Origin: a virus
Taxonomy: Duplodnaviria > Caudoviricetes
Length of the DNA: 61,890 bases
IMG/VR virus record: IMGVR_UViG_3300043621_000039
Span: 1-61,890 of that record
Direction: 5' to 3' (one strand)
Below the pieces are notes generated by a model. It made no database searches, was not told where the DNA came from, and worked only from the letters and a program-made list of their open reading frames with translations. This document shows, piece after piece, positions 18,361-27,233 of this stretch (positions are counted from its first letter, which is position 1; every line of letters begins with the position of its first letter). The translations under genes were made by a program, and so were the position numbers.

Positions 18361-18473
18361 AGCAAGGTAGCTCAGGTGCCTTACCGGGACCAGGAAGAGC
18401 AGCCCAGACCTCCGAGTCATGAGGATGGCGCGGAGTTAGGGGTCAGATGTGGGTTCGAATCCCACCCTTGCTG
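18361..18473 (+). ncRNA. tRNA-like element with an enlarged D loop and extended anticodon arm
   Basis: AGCAAGG/CCTTGCT acceptor; TAGCTCAG...GAGC D stem; GTGGG-TTCGAAT-CCCAC T arm. Confidence 0.7.
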
Positions 18474-18756
18474 CGAGGGCTCCGGCCCTTGAAAACCAGT
18501 TGGCATCTGGCGCTGAGGGTAACGACACAGCTCAGACCTTGCTGGTCACCGGACGGTAGGGTGGAAGCCAACCGTGGCGTATCGGAGAGACGATAGGAGG
18601 GGGACCTGCTTCTGATGTGAGGGCAGGTCCCCTAACCAAAGCGTCGGTAGCTTTGTGGTTGGTATCCGTACTGCGATCGCTGAAGGAACTCCGTTTACGG
18701 TGCATCCGACGAGAGCCATACGTAACCGCGCCAAACGAAACGAAGGGGCCAGGAAG

Positions 18757-18927
18757 ATGACGCAGGAACGCCGGACCGCATATGACCGTCTGGAGAGTCG
18801 GATGAATCACGTACCGCGCCACGGGGTGCGACTCCGGACCACTCCCGCGCGCTGGCTGCACTCGGCGCTCCGCTCTGCGGGCGACTTCCTGTGGGGCGCG
18901 TTCCAGCCCATCGCCAATGCAGTGTGA
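18757..18927 (+). CDS. Small hypothetical protein
   Basis: ATG after GAAGGGGCCAGGAAG. Confidence 0.45.
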   Translation: MTQERRTAYDRLESRMNHVPRHGVRLRTTPARWLHSALRSAGDFLWGAFQPIANAV

Positions 18928-19249
18928 GCAGGACCGTCCTGGAGGTCCGTGGTACCCCTGGTGGGCGTACCATGTGCAGACCAACCTCCTGGACGCGCGG
19001 GTAGTCCCCGTCTGCTCCCGGCTCGCGCACCACGTTGAGGTACTGACGTACCCGCACCGCGTCACAGGGAAGTGGGGCGCTTGCCGGATCCAGGACCGTG
19101 GGGAGTACTGATGCCGGCTCCATCGAAGTGGTGCCGGTGCGGACGCCGGACCGATAAGCGTCGCCGGATCTGTTGCAAGCCCTGCTGGAACGAGGAGGGT
19201 CGGCACAGCCGGGACTGCCTGGGACGTCCGCAGAAGTAGACTCCCGACC

Positions 19250-19438
19250 ATGGTAAGCGCACGAGGTGGCAAGTACGGGTTTGTGTATCGGTCCCGGCAC
19301 CGCGCGTACCGGGGCATGGCCGGTAAGGGCCTCAGCAAGACGGCTAGAGCCAAGATAGCCAATGCGGGGCGGACGCACGCTGCTCGGTCCCGTATGGCCA
19401 AGAAGGCAGCGCGTACCCGCAAGCGGCGCGGGAAGTAG
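19250..19438 (+). CDS. Very basic small protein, possibly nucleic-acid binding
   Basis: K/R-rich with no acidic residues; KTARAKIANAG. Confidence 0.6.
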   Translation: MVSARGGKYGFVYRSRHRAYRGMAGKGLSKTARAKIANAGRTHAARSRMAKKAARTRKRRGK

Positions 19439-19496
19439 TCTCAACCCATGGCGAAGGGCAGGCCGCTCAGTGCGGCCCACAAGGCAGGAGATAGCA

Positions 19497-19700
19497 GTGG
19501 AGCCGTTGGAACTGGTCTACGCGCGGGAGCTGGCGGAGGAAATCCGCAGCAACACCAAGCTCCGGCACCGACTCAACATGGATGAGGGCTCGGAGTCCGA
19601 ACTGGTGACGAACGAGGACGGGCTGGTGGGAATCAGCTTCACCGACCGGAACGGCATTCGGTTTGGTATGGAGATCATGCCGATTGGCGAGAAGGTCTGA
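19497..19700 (+). CDS. Hypothetical protein
   Basis: AGGAG RBS before GTG. Confidence 0.55.
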   Translation: MEPLELVYARELAEEIRSNTKLRHRLNMDEGSESELVTNEDGLVGISFTDRNGIRFGMEIMPIGEKV

Positions 19701-19739
19701 TCCTCGCGGCAGTGCGACCGGGGGCGGTAGCGTCGCGGC

Positions 19740-20249
19740 ATGACGCAACCTAACCCGGTACGTACGCTGGAATCCCACGCGGTGCATGATCAGACCGATG
19801 GCCCGCTCGCGGTCATGGTCGAGAACTGCGACCACTACATGATCTCCATCAAGACCAACTCGCGGTATATCGAGTATGTCGAGCAGTGCCGCGACTGCAG
19901 GTGGATCGATCCGGTCAGCCTGACCTGGTGGGCAGAGAACGCCATCAAGCTCAGCATCGGTGAGCGAGCGCAACGGATTGCGGTTGCTACGGAGACCGAG
20001 CCGTTTGCCTTCGCGCAGTCGCGCAGTGCCGCCACTGACGGCACGGAGGACCTGGACCTTGATGAGGTCCTGGGGCAGGCGCTGGGCGCAGCCTCGATGT
20101 GCTGGAACCCCAGGCCCCACACGCAGGAGTTTGATTCGACCCGTGCCAGGGCCATTTGGACGGCTTTGAAGGCAGAGGTTGAGCGGATGATGGGTCTGGC
20201 ACGACAGGAGGCTGTGGAGGAGTTGGAAACCACAAACCTCCCGCGTTAG
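19740..20249 (+). CDS. Hypothetical protein
   Basis: Long ORF; GQALGAASMCW segment. Confidence 0.65.
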   Translation: MTQPNPVRTLESHAVHDQTDGPLAVMVENCDHYMISIKTNSRYIEYVEQCRDCRWIDPVSLTWWAENAIKLSIGERAQRIAVATETEPFAFAQSRSAATDGTEDLDLDEVLGQALGAASMCWNPRPHTQEFDSTRARAIWTALKAEVERMMGLARQEAVEELETTNLPR

Positions 20250-20309
20250 CGGCAGCATTGCTGGGACGGTTACCATCAAGTCCACGTAACCGCTCTGAGG
20301 AGGAACGCA

Positions 20310-20819
20310 ATGCGATATGCAGGTCCTGATGACGGCCAATGGGTCTCCAGGCAACCCGATCCGCTGGGAGCGCCGGAGCCATATTGGCAAAAGCGCAAGC
20401 CCAAGCGCTGGCCCTGGGTCCTAGTCGGACTCGCAGTTCTGCTTCTGGTGGGGTGCACAGGGATGTGGGCCATCCTGAGTGGCGCAGGTCCCTCCAACAA
20501 CGGGATCGACGTTCCGGCCGCAACCTCTGCCGCCGGAGTGCCGAAGGCCGGTGCCGCCCCCAAGGGCAATGCCTTGCCTAATACTGTTGGCGAGGGAATG
20601 TGGCGCGTTGGTAAGGACATCCCAGCCGGGAAGTACCGCACCAACGGAGCGAGTGATCCGGACTTCCCGCTCTGCTACTGGCACGTCGCAGCCGATGACG
20701 GTGATGACCACATCAAGACGCAGGGCGTGAACGACAGCCCGAACCAGCCCGGTCTGGTGACCCTCAAGACCGGCCAGTATTTCAAGACCTCCGGCTGCAA
20801 GGACTGGGTGAAGCAATAG
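20310..20819 (+). CDS. Membrane-anchored exported protein/lipoprotein-like protein
   Basis: KRKPKR plus TM helix (LLVGC); GEGMWRVGKDIPAGKYRT...CYW...C domain; GAGGAGG RBS. Confidence 0.75.
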   Translation: MRYAGPDDGQWVSRQPDPLGAPEPYWQKRKPKRWPWVLVGLAVLLLVGCTGMWAILSGAGPSNNGIDVPAATSAAGVPKAGAAPKGNALPNTVGEGMWRVGKDIPAGKYRTNGASDPDFPLCYWHVAADDGDDHIKTQGVNDSPNQPGLVTLKTGQYFKTSGCKDWVKQ

Positions 20820-20875
20820 CGACCTGCGCGGTATAGTCTTGTGAGTAGTCTCGTTTTCCGTCTGGAGGCCAATAA

Positions 20876-21211
20876 ATGACTACAGCAAGACGAGACTTCG
20901 ATATCCCAGCCGGACAGACGTTAGAGTTCGTGGTGGATGTCGTGGGAGGTCCGGCGAATCTGACTGGATATGTTGGATCGATGATGATCAGAGAGCTGCG
21001 CTCGGATGCGGTTCCCGTAGCGACGATCCCTCCTGCGGCAATCACCGTCAATTCGGGTACCCGCCAGGTCAAGGTCACCATCCCCAGCAGCGAGACCGAG
21101 GATTACACTTTCCGTCGTGGGGTGTACGACTTGATCATCACCGGCGCTGGTGGGGACGAGTGGCGGCTGGTTGAAGGTCGGATTACCACCTCAATGGCAG
21201 TGACTAGGTAG
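20876..21211 (+). CDS. Putative virion accessory protein (BppU N-terminal-like Ig fold)
   Basis: DFDIPAGQTLEF...GVYDL...LVEGRI; candidate promoter TATAGT at 20832. Confidence 0.55.
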   Translation: MTTARRDFDIPAGQTLEFVVDVVGGPANLTGYVGSMMIRELRSDAVPVATIPPAAITVNSGTRQVKVTIPSSETEDYTFRRGVYDLIITGAGGDEWRLVEGRITTSMAVTR

Positions 21212-21220
21212 GGAGCTGAA

Positions 21221-21634
21221 GTGGCTGAAGTCGTCTACAACCGGGGCAAGTACCTCCTTGCCCGGCAGCACGTGCAGGCCATTGCGTGGCGGGCGACTCT
21301 CATTATCGGCACCACGACTGGTACGCTCGACCCGGACCTCAACACGGTCGCGGACCTAGACGCGGTATCCGGCGTGTCGATCCACACCGAGCGCCTCACC
21401 CCGGCCTCCGTGGTCTATACCGAGAACGATACCAACGACCGGCTGGAAATCGACTGCGCCAACCTGACGTTCGCAGCGGCTCCCGGCGTGACTGCGGTCG
21501 GCCTGGTGTTCTACCACGAGCAGGCCGCAGCGGACGCGACCCGCGAGCTGATATCCATGCATAACACAGGGTTCCCGGTGCCGGTCGACGGCGGCCTGGT
21601 GGTCACCGTCACCGACTTCCTGCGAAACAGCTAG
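21221..21634 (+). CDS. Putative virion protein
   Basis: VVYNRGK, ENDTNDR; position in the structural block. Confidence 0.55.
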   Translation: MAEVVYNRGKYLLARQHVQAIAWRATLIIGTTTGTLDPDLNTVADLDAVSGVSIHTERLTPASVVYTENDTNDRLEIDCANLTFAAAPGVTAVGLVFYHEQAAADATRELISMHNTGFPVPVDGGLVVTVTDFLRNS

Positions 21635-21643
21635 GGGCCAGAC

Positions 21644-22201
21644 ATGCCGAATCAGGGCTGGACTAGCCTGCTCGTCTCCCAGCAGGCTGATGGTGCTGCT
21701 GTTACAACGAACCTGGCTGACACGTCGATGCTGAACGCGCAGGCTAAATTCACGCTGCCTGCTGGATCCCTGACCTATATCGGCCAGGGCCTGCGGATCC
21801 GGGCTATGGGCCGTATCTCCAACATCATCACCACTCCGGGCACCCTGACGCTACGGGTCAAGTTCGGATCGGTCATTGTGGCTGCTAGCTCGGCTATGCA
21901 ACTCAACGCGGTGGCCAAGACCAACGTGACGTGGGTGCTGGACTGGGATTTGGTAGTCCGAGGCGCACCCGGCACCGCTTGTACCCTGATGCATTCCGGG
22001 GCGTGGCAGTCGGAGTCCGTGGTTGGCTCACCGGTCCCCGGAACCGGTGGATCGGGATCGTTCCTGATCCCTACGGTCACACCGGCTGTGGGAACCAGCT
22101 TCGATTCCACGGTTGCCAATGTGGTCGACCTGACCGCGAACTTCTCCCTGACCGGAAACAGCCTGACCTGCCACACATACAAGCTCGAATCGCTCAACTA
22201 G
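21644..22201 (+). CDS. Putative virion beta-sandwich protein
   Basis: T/S/G/A-rich, beta-rich composition. Confidence 0.55.
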   Translation: MPNQGWTSLLVSQQADGAAVTTNLADTSMLNAQAKFTLPAGSLTYIGQGLRIRAMGRISNIITTPGTLTLRVKFGSVIVAASSAMQLNAVAKTNVTWVLDWDLVVRGAPGTACTLMHSGAWQSESVVGSPVPGTGGSGSFLIPTVTPAVGTSFDSTVANVVDLTANFSLTGNSLTCHTYKLESLN

Positions 22202-22211
22202 GGGGCTCGGC

Positions 22212-22532
22212 ATGGGCGTTCCGCAGCCATCAGTCTCCCCGGTGATGCAGGAGTTCGGGGACTACGTTGGTAAGTACATCCGAATCACAGTAACTTTCGA
22301 TAACGCGACCCGGGTGCTGTCCGGCATCACCGTCTTTCGGGACGCTGGTTGCCAGTTCAACAAGATCCTGATCGGCCTGGGCGAGGATGGCGTGCCGGAT
22401 CACTCCTCGCGGACCTTCACCGTCCCCACCGGCACGACCGTCCTCAACCCGGCGCAGATGAATGCGGTGCGGGCCAACGGGATGAACACGATCGAGGAAT
22501 TCGAGTCGTTCCAGATCACTGCTGGGCGTTAG
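22212..22532 (+). CDS. Hypothetical protein
   Basis: ORF in the structural block. Confidence 0.55.
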   Translation: MGVPQPSVSPVMQEFGDYVGKYIRITVTFDNATRVLSGITVFRDAGCQFNKILIGLGEDGVPDHSSRTFTVPTGTTVLNPAQMNAVRANGMNTIEEFESFQITAGR

Positions 22533-22544
22533 GGGTCGGCCCCA

Positions 22545-24569
22545 GTGGGGAACCTGTTGCTGGACGCCAGCTCACCGGGGTCGGTCTGGAATGCGTCCGG
22601 CGATCCGTCCACGGGTTCGTTCACGCCGCCTGCCAAATCTCTTCTGGTAGTCTGGCTGCGGTATAACACCGGAACGGGTAACACGCCGACCGATCCGACT
22701 GTCACCGACAGCCTTGGGGTCCACCTCACCTATACGCTGGTAGCCCACAACCGCAACCCAGAGGTCTCGACCGCCGTCGATGGCGCGCTCGCCGTGTGGA
22801 CCGCTCCGGTACTGACTTCAGCAGCGATGACGGTGACGGCGCACGAGACTGACGCGGCGACCGGTGCGGCGATCCTGGTGCAGGTCTGGACCGATGACTC
22901 CGGCGCCATCCCGGGAACTGGCGCTGTGGTGGAGAACGCCTCCGCGTCCGCTATCACGTCTGTGGCGCAGGGGTTCACCGCCACAGCCACTGGATCCCGT
23001 GGTCTGATTGCGCTTTCTGACTTCAATGCGGCAGGCGTACCGGCTGCCGGCTCGGGCTGCACTGTGACCGGTGGCGACGCGGCGGACCAAGGCGCAACCC
23101 TCGCCTACTGCTGCGCGCTCCGGTCCACAGCGGATGGCGTGGCCGGTGCCACCACCACCATGAACCTCACCATCGCATCGACTACTGACGCGCGTTGGAT
23201 AGCCCTGGAGGTCACCCCGGCTCCGGCCCCGCTGCTGGGGAGCACAGTTGCGTCCTGGTGGCCCGGAGCAGGCCCCAACCCGGTCATGCGGTTCCGGCCG
23301 GACCCGTTCGACTCCACCTTGCCCTCCATCACCGAGGCAGCGGTCACGATCGACCCGGCTCTGGCGACCTGGGTGGCCGTGGCCGTGGTCCCGACGCCCC
23401 AGCCGGTCCTGCTCACCTTGACTCCGGCGAATGCGGTTACCTGGTCTGCGGTCCCGCTCACCCCCGTACCGCAACCGGTCGCGCTGACGCTGACGCCCGC
23501 AACCGCTACCTGGGCGGCCCAGCCGGTAGTGGCGACTCCAGTGGTAGCCCTGACTCCGGCCGCAGCGACCTGGACGGCCGTAGCGGTTTCTCCAGCCCCG
23601 CAGCCGGTGGCGTTGACGCTCACTCCGGCCGTGGCTACCTGGGCTGCGGTCGCGGTTACTCCCACGCCCGGCCAAACGGCACGCACTTTGACGCCTGCTA
23701 CAGCCACGTGGACGGCCGTAACCGTCGCACCGGTACCGGGCGTCACCGCTGTCACCTTGACACCCGCTACGTTGGCCTGGACGGCTGTTGCAGTCATCCC
23801 AACACCTGGGCCGACCGCGCGGACTATCACCCCGGCCACAGCTACGTGGGTTGCGGTGGTCGTGACGCCGGTCCCGCAGCCGGTTTCCCGCACGCTCACG
23901 CCCAGTACGGCGTCTTGGCAAGCGGTTCCGGTCTCCCCGGTACCCGGAAGCGTGGCAATTACTCTGACGCCCGCTCCGGCCTCCTGGACGGCAGTTCCGG
24001 TGGCGCCGGTCGTGCTAGGCGGGGTGAGCCTGGTACCTGCGACCCTGACCTGGTCTGCGGTACCGGTTACGCTTACCCCTGGGCAGGTCTCGCGGACCCT
24101 CACACCGGCAACAGCGACCTGGACCGCAGTACCGGTCTCGGCGCTGCCGACCGTGGCGCTCACTCCGGCGCTCGCTACCTGGTCAGCTCGACCGCTCGCG
24201 CTAGCTCCAGGATCTGTGGCCCTCACGTTGGTTCCGGCCACGCTATCCTGGACGGCACGACCGTTAGGCGTGCCAGTCGCGCTGCAGCTGACTCCTGCTG
24301 GTATGGTCTGGGTTGCGGTTCCGCTGGGAATCCCTGGCGCGGTAACCGAGCGGCTGCCAGCAGACGTCATCGCCTACCTGACGCAGCACTTCTCGGTGAC
24401 GCCTGAGTTGCTGTTGGCGTACCTGGGGGATGGGAGGCTGGTAGTGGATATTACCGGGGGCGGAATCCTGTACCTCAACATTCCCAACACGCCGACTGAT
24501 CCGGCTGCGGCCACGGTAACTTACCAGGACCCAGATTCGATCAGGACTGAGCTAACCGAGGAGGCGTGA
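22545..24569 (+). CDS. Repeat-rich fibre-like virion protein
   Basis: About 15 repeats of roughly 23 aa (consensus PxxVxxTLTPAxATWxAVxVxP). Confidence 0.7.
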   Translation: MGNLLLDASSPGSVWNASGDPSTGSFTPPAKSLLVVWLRYNTGTGNTPTDPTVTDSLGVHLTYTLVAHNRNPEVSTAVDGALAVWTAPVLTSAAMTVTAHETDAATGAAILVQVWTDDSGAIPGTGAVVENASASAITSVAQGFTATATGSRGLIALSDFNAAGVPAAGSGCTVTGGDAADQGATLAYCCALRSTADGVAGATTTMNLTIASTTDARWIALEVTPAPAPLLGSTVASWWPGAGPNPVMRFRPDPFDSTLPSITEAAVTIDPALATWVAVAVVPTPQPVLLTLTPANAVTWSAVPLTPVPQPVALTLTPATATWAAQPVVATPVVALTPAAATWTAVAVSPAPQPVALTLTPAVATWAAVAVTPTPGQTARTLTPATATWTAVTVAPVPGVTAVTLTPATLAWTAVAVIPTPGPTARTITPATATWVAVVVTPVPQPVSRTLTPSTASWQAVPVSPVPGSVAITLTPAPASWTAVPVAPVVLGGVSLVPATLTWSAVPVTLTPGQVSRTLTPATATWTAVPVSALPTVALTPALATWSARPLALAPGSVALTLVPATLSWTARPLGVPVALQLTPAGMVWVAVPLGIPGAVTERLPADVIAYLTQHFSVTPELLLAYLGDGRLVVDITGGGILYLNIPNTPTDPAAATVTYQDPDSIRTELTEEA

Positions 24570-24841
24570 TGGAATCTGAAAGCCTCAACACTGAGGGCCT
24601 GACTCAGGTCGGAGAGTTCGATACCCGCGTACTCCGCACCGCGAGTGTGGATGAGGACTACCACAACGCCATGGTGGCCGGAGCGGTCTGGGCGTTCAAT
24701 CTGATGGCGCAGTTCTGCAAGGCACAGCTGGAGATTTCCGGCCCGTACGATGACACCAGGCCGATTGAAATTATGATCAGCTGGACGGCGGATAAGATTC
24801 GGGAAGTCCAGTTCCCAGCTACGGAGGAACCAAATGCCTAA
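24566..24841 (+). CDS. Hypothetical protein
   Basis: GTGA overlap; GAGGAGG RBS. Confidence 0.6.
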   Translation: MMESESLNTEGLTQVGEFDTRVLRTASVDEDYHNAMVAGAVWAFNLMAQFCKAQLEISGPYDDTRPIEIMISWTADKIREVQFPATEEPNA

Positions 24842-25481
24842 CTTCCCGCAGGAGGTGCGTGACAAGCGAGCCCTCGAAGGCCCCAAGGTCCAGAGCGGCG
24901 GCAACACCAAGCCTGACGCGGCCTGGATTGAAGAGGTCCTGGCAGCTGGCGAGCTGCACCTGCCGGATGAGTCGACACGTCCCCCAGGGTTCCTGTATGA
25001 CATCCTGTATCAGTGGGAGGGGTACGCGGATGAAGTCAATATCGAATTCTTCGAGTCGTTCTGGCGTGGCAAGCCAACTGACAGGCGTTGCAACGGAACT
25101 GCCTACATCCGTGATATGCGCGGGTCTTACGTCGTGGACTGCGAGTGGGAGCGGCTCCGGCGACCCTGCCTAGCGCGTCCGGCGAGCGGCGCGGTGATCT
25201 GCCACGCACACGGCGCGAAGATCCCTGTGGTGAAGGCCGCAGCGCAGCGCGTGCTGGCCCAGGCCTCTGAGGTCGTGGCGCTCCGACTCGTTGGCCTGAC
25301 TGCGTATGCGGATGAGATGCAAAATCCGATCGACCACAAGGACCGGATATCCGCATCCAACTCTGTGCTGGACCGGGTGGGGATCAAGGGCGGTATCGAG
25401 GTCGAGGTCACCACGCCTGGTTTCAAGAAGGTCATGGAGACCATGTTCGGTGACGATAGTGCGGACCCTGATGGCGACTGA
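24834..25481 (+). CDS. Probable terminase small subunit
   Basis: C...C...CHAHGAKIP motif and helical C-terminus (LDRVG), just upstream of TerL. Confidence 0.55.
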   Translation: MPNFPQEVRDKRALEGPKVQSGGNTKPDAAWIEEVLAAGELHLPDESTRPPGFLYDILYQWEGYADEVNIEFFESFWRGKPTDRRCNGTAYIRDMRGSYVVDCEWERLRRPCLARPASGAVICHAHGAKIPVVKAAAQRVLAQASEVVALRLVGLTAYADEMQNPIDHKDRISASNSVLDRVGIKGGIEVEVTTPGFKKVMETMFGDDSADPDGD

Positions 25482-25731
25482 GGAGCAGCGCGAGTGGACC
25501 AGGAAGATGGACGCGCTGATCCAGGAGGGCCTGACGTTGCTGGGGCAGGACCCCAATTCCCAATTGGGGGATTGGTTGACTGTCATCAGCGCGCCGTACC
25601 TGAACGAGGAGGGCCATCTGACGTCTGGCTACTCGATAGCATTCAGCGGGAACCTGTTGGAACACAACGCTTTAGGGCTGCTCGCTAAGGGCGAGGGCCT
25701 GCTGATGCGGGATGAGGACGACGATGAGTAG
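25471..25731 (+). CDS. Hypothetical protein
   Basis: Overlaps both neighbours. Confidence 0.6.
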   Translation: MATEEQREWTRKMDALIQEGLTLLGQDPNSQLGDWLTVISAPYLNEEGHLTSGYSIAFSGNLLEHNALGLLAKGEGLLMRDEDDDE

Positions 25732-27232
25732 CCTGCTGCTCAACACTCCGGCCCCATCCCGCAAACTGCTGCGGAGTACCTGGGCGCAGACGTCCTGGAC
25801 TCCGCACGCGCTACAGCAGGAGATGCTGTTCACCAGGATCCGCAACCAGGTAGCCGCGTTCGGACGCCGAGCCGGCAAGAGCCAGGTTGGCGGAATGAAG
25901 CTGGTTCCGGAGTGGTTCCGTGCCATGATTGAGCTGGAGGAGTTGATCGCCAAGGGCCTGCGGCGTGAGTTCTGGATCGTTGGGCCGACCTACTCTGACG
26001 CGGAGAAGGAGTTCAGAGTCTGTTGGAACGCGTTGGAGCGCCTGGGAATCCCGCTCGACCATCCGGGGAGCTACAACAACCCCGAAGCGGGCCAGATGAG
26101 AATTCAGTCGCTTGGTGGTCGGTTCATCGTCCACGCGAAATCGGCCCAGTACCCACAGACGTTGGTTGGCGAGGGCCTATCTGGCGTTGTATTCTCCGAA
26201 GCGGCGAAGTTGAAGCCTTCAGTCTGGATCAAATACATTCGACCGACCCTGGCCGACTTCGGCGGATGGGCATTCTTCGGATCTACCCCTGAGGGCCGGA
26301 ACTGGTTCTATGACTTGTGGGAGCAGGGCCAGGACCCTAGCCGGACCGACTGGATGTCATGGCGCGCTCCGGCTTGGATCAACCCCTACGTCTACCCGGA
26401 CGGCGTGAACCCCATCCTGCTGGATGCAGCGAAGCGCGCTCGCCGCGCTGGCCGTCTGGAGGAGTGGATCTCACAGATCGAGCACTACGACAACGATCGG
26501 GAGCTACCGCCTAGCCCGCTTGGGATTGACCCTGAGATCTGGAGCCTGTTCCGCGATCAGTCGACTGAGATGTTCAACCAGGAGATTGAAGCGCTCTTCA
26601 ATGAGTTCGCCGGACGGGTCTTCAAGGACTTCGATGAAGAGATTCACGTTACAGAGCAGGAGTTCCGGCCGGACTGGGCTACCTACGCGGCGAGCGACTA
26701 CGGCTTCACCAACCCGTTCGTTTGGCTGCTGGTCCAGGTTGATCCGCACCGGGAGCGGATGCACATCCTGAACGAGTATTACGAGACCGGGAAGACCACC
26801 GGCGAGGCTGTGATGGAGATCAAGGGTCGTGGGCTGGCGCCGCGTACGCTACGGGAGTTCTTCCCTGACCCAGCCGAGCCGGACCGGACCCGTGAGGTGT
26901 CGAATCTGTTGCAGGTCAAGGCCGGTCGGAATACTGGGATCATGCTGGAGGATAGGCTTGAGTGGATCCGTCGGTTCCTCAAAGAGCATCCGGCTGGAGG
27001 CGGTCCACGACTGACGGTCCACAGGCGTTGCAAGGAAACCATCCGGGAGTTCGGCCAGTACAAGTATCCGGATGCGGTGAAGGCAATGGAGCGAGGCCAT
27101 GCAGCTCCGGAGCTACCGGAAAAGAAGGATGACCACACCCCAGAAGCGTTGGGGCGCTTGATGAGTGGACTATTCGGCAAGCCATTCCGCTCTGTAGCCA
27201 ACCCACAGGGCAAGATGAAGGTAAGGAAATGA
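25724..27232 (+). CDS. terL: Terminase large subunit
   Basis: GRRAGKS Walker A, VFSEAA Walker B, STPEGRNWFY, DYGFTNP, DDHTPEA. Confidence 0.93.
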   Translation: MSSLLLNTPAPSRKLLRSTWAQTSWTPHALQQEMLFTRIRNQVAAFGRRAGKSQVGGMKLVPEWFRAMIELEELIAKGLRREFWIVGPTYSDAEKEFRVCWNALERLGIPLDHPGSYNNPEAGQMRIQSLGGRFIVHAKSAQYPQTLVGEGLSGVVFSEAAKLKPSVWIKYIRPTLADFGGWAFFGSTPEGRNWFYDLWEQGQDPSRTDWMSWRAPAWINPYVYPDGVNPILLDAAKRARRAGRLEEWISQIEHYDNDRELPPSPLGIDPEIWSLFRDQSTEMFNQEIEALFNEFAGRVFKDFDEEIHVTEQEFRPDWATYAASDYGFTNPFVWLLVQVDPHRERMHILNEYYETGKTTGEAVMEIKGRGLAPRTLREFFPDPAEPDRTREVSNLLQVKAGRNTGIMLEDRLEWIRRFLKEHPAGGGPRLTVHRRCKETIREFGQYKYPDAVKAMERGHAAPELPEKKDDHTPEALGRLMSGLFGKPFRSVANPQGKMKVRK

Positions 27233-27233
27233 G

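Larger units (their letters stand above)
17990..18740 (+). ncRNA. Candidate large structured ncRNA locus with embedded tRNA-like domains
   Basis: No convincing CDS, dense hairpins, two T-loop motifs, possible long-range pairings. Confidence 0.55.

Noticed and set aside
18106-18492. ORFs 18106..18492 and 18177..18422 as proteins
   Set aside because: Atypical composition, no clear RBS, and they overlap well-formed RNA structures
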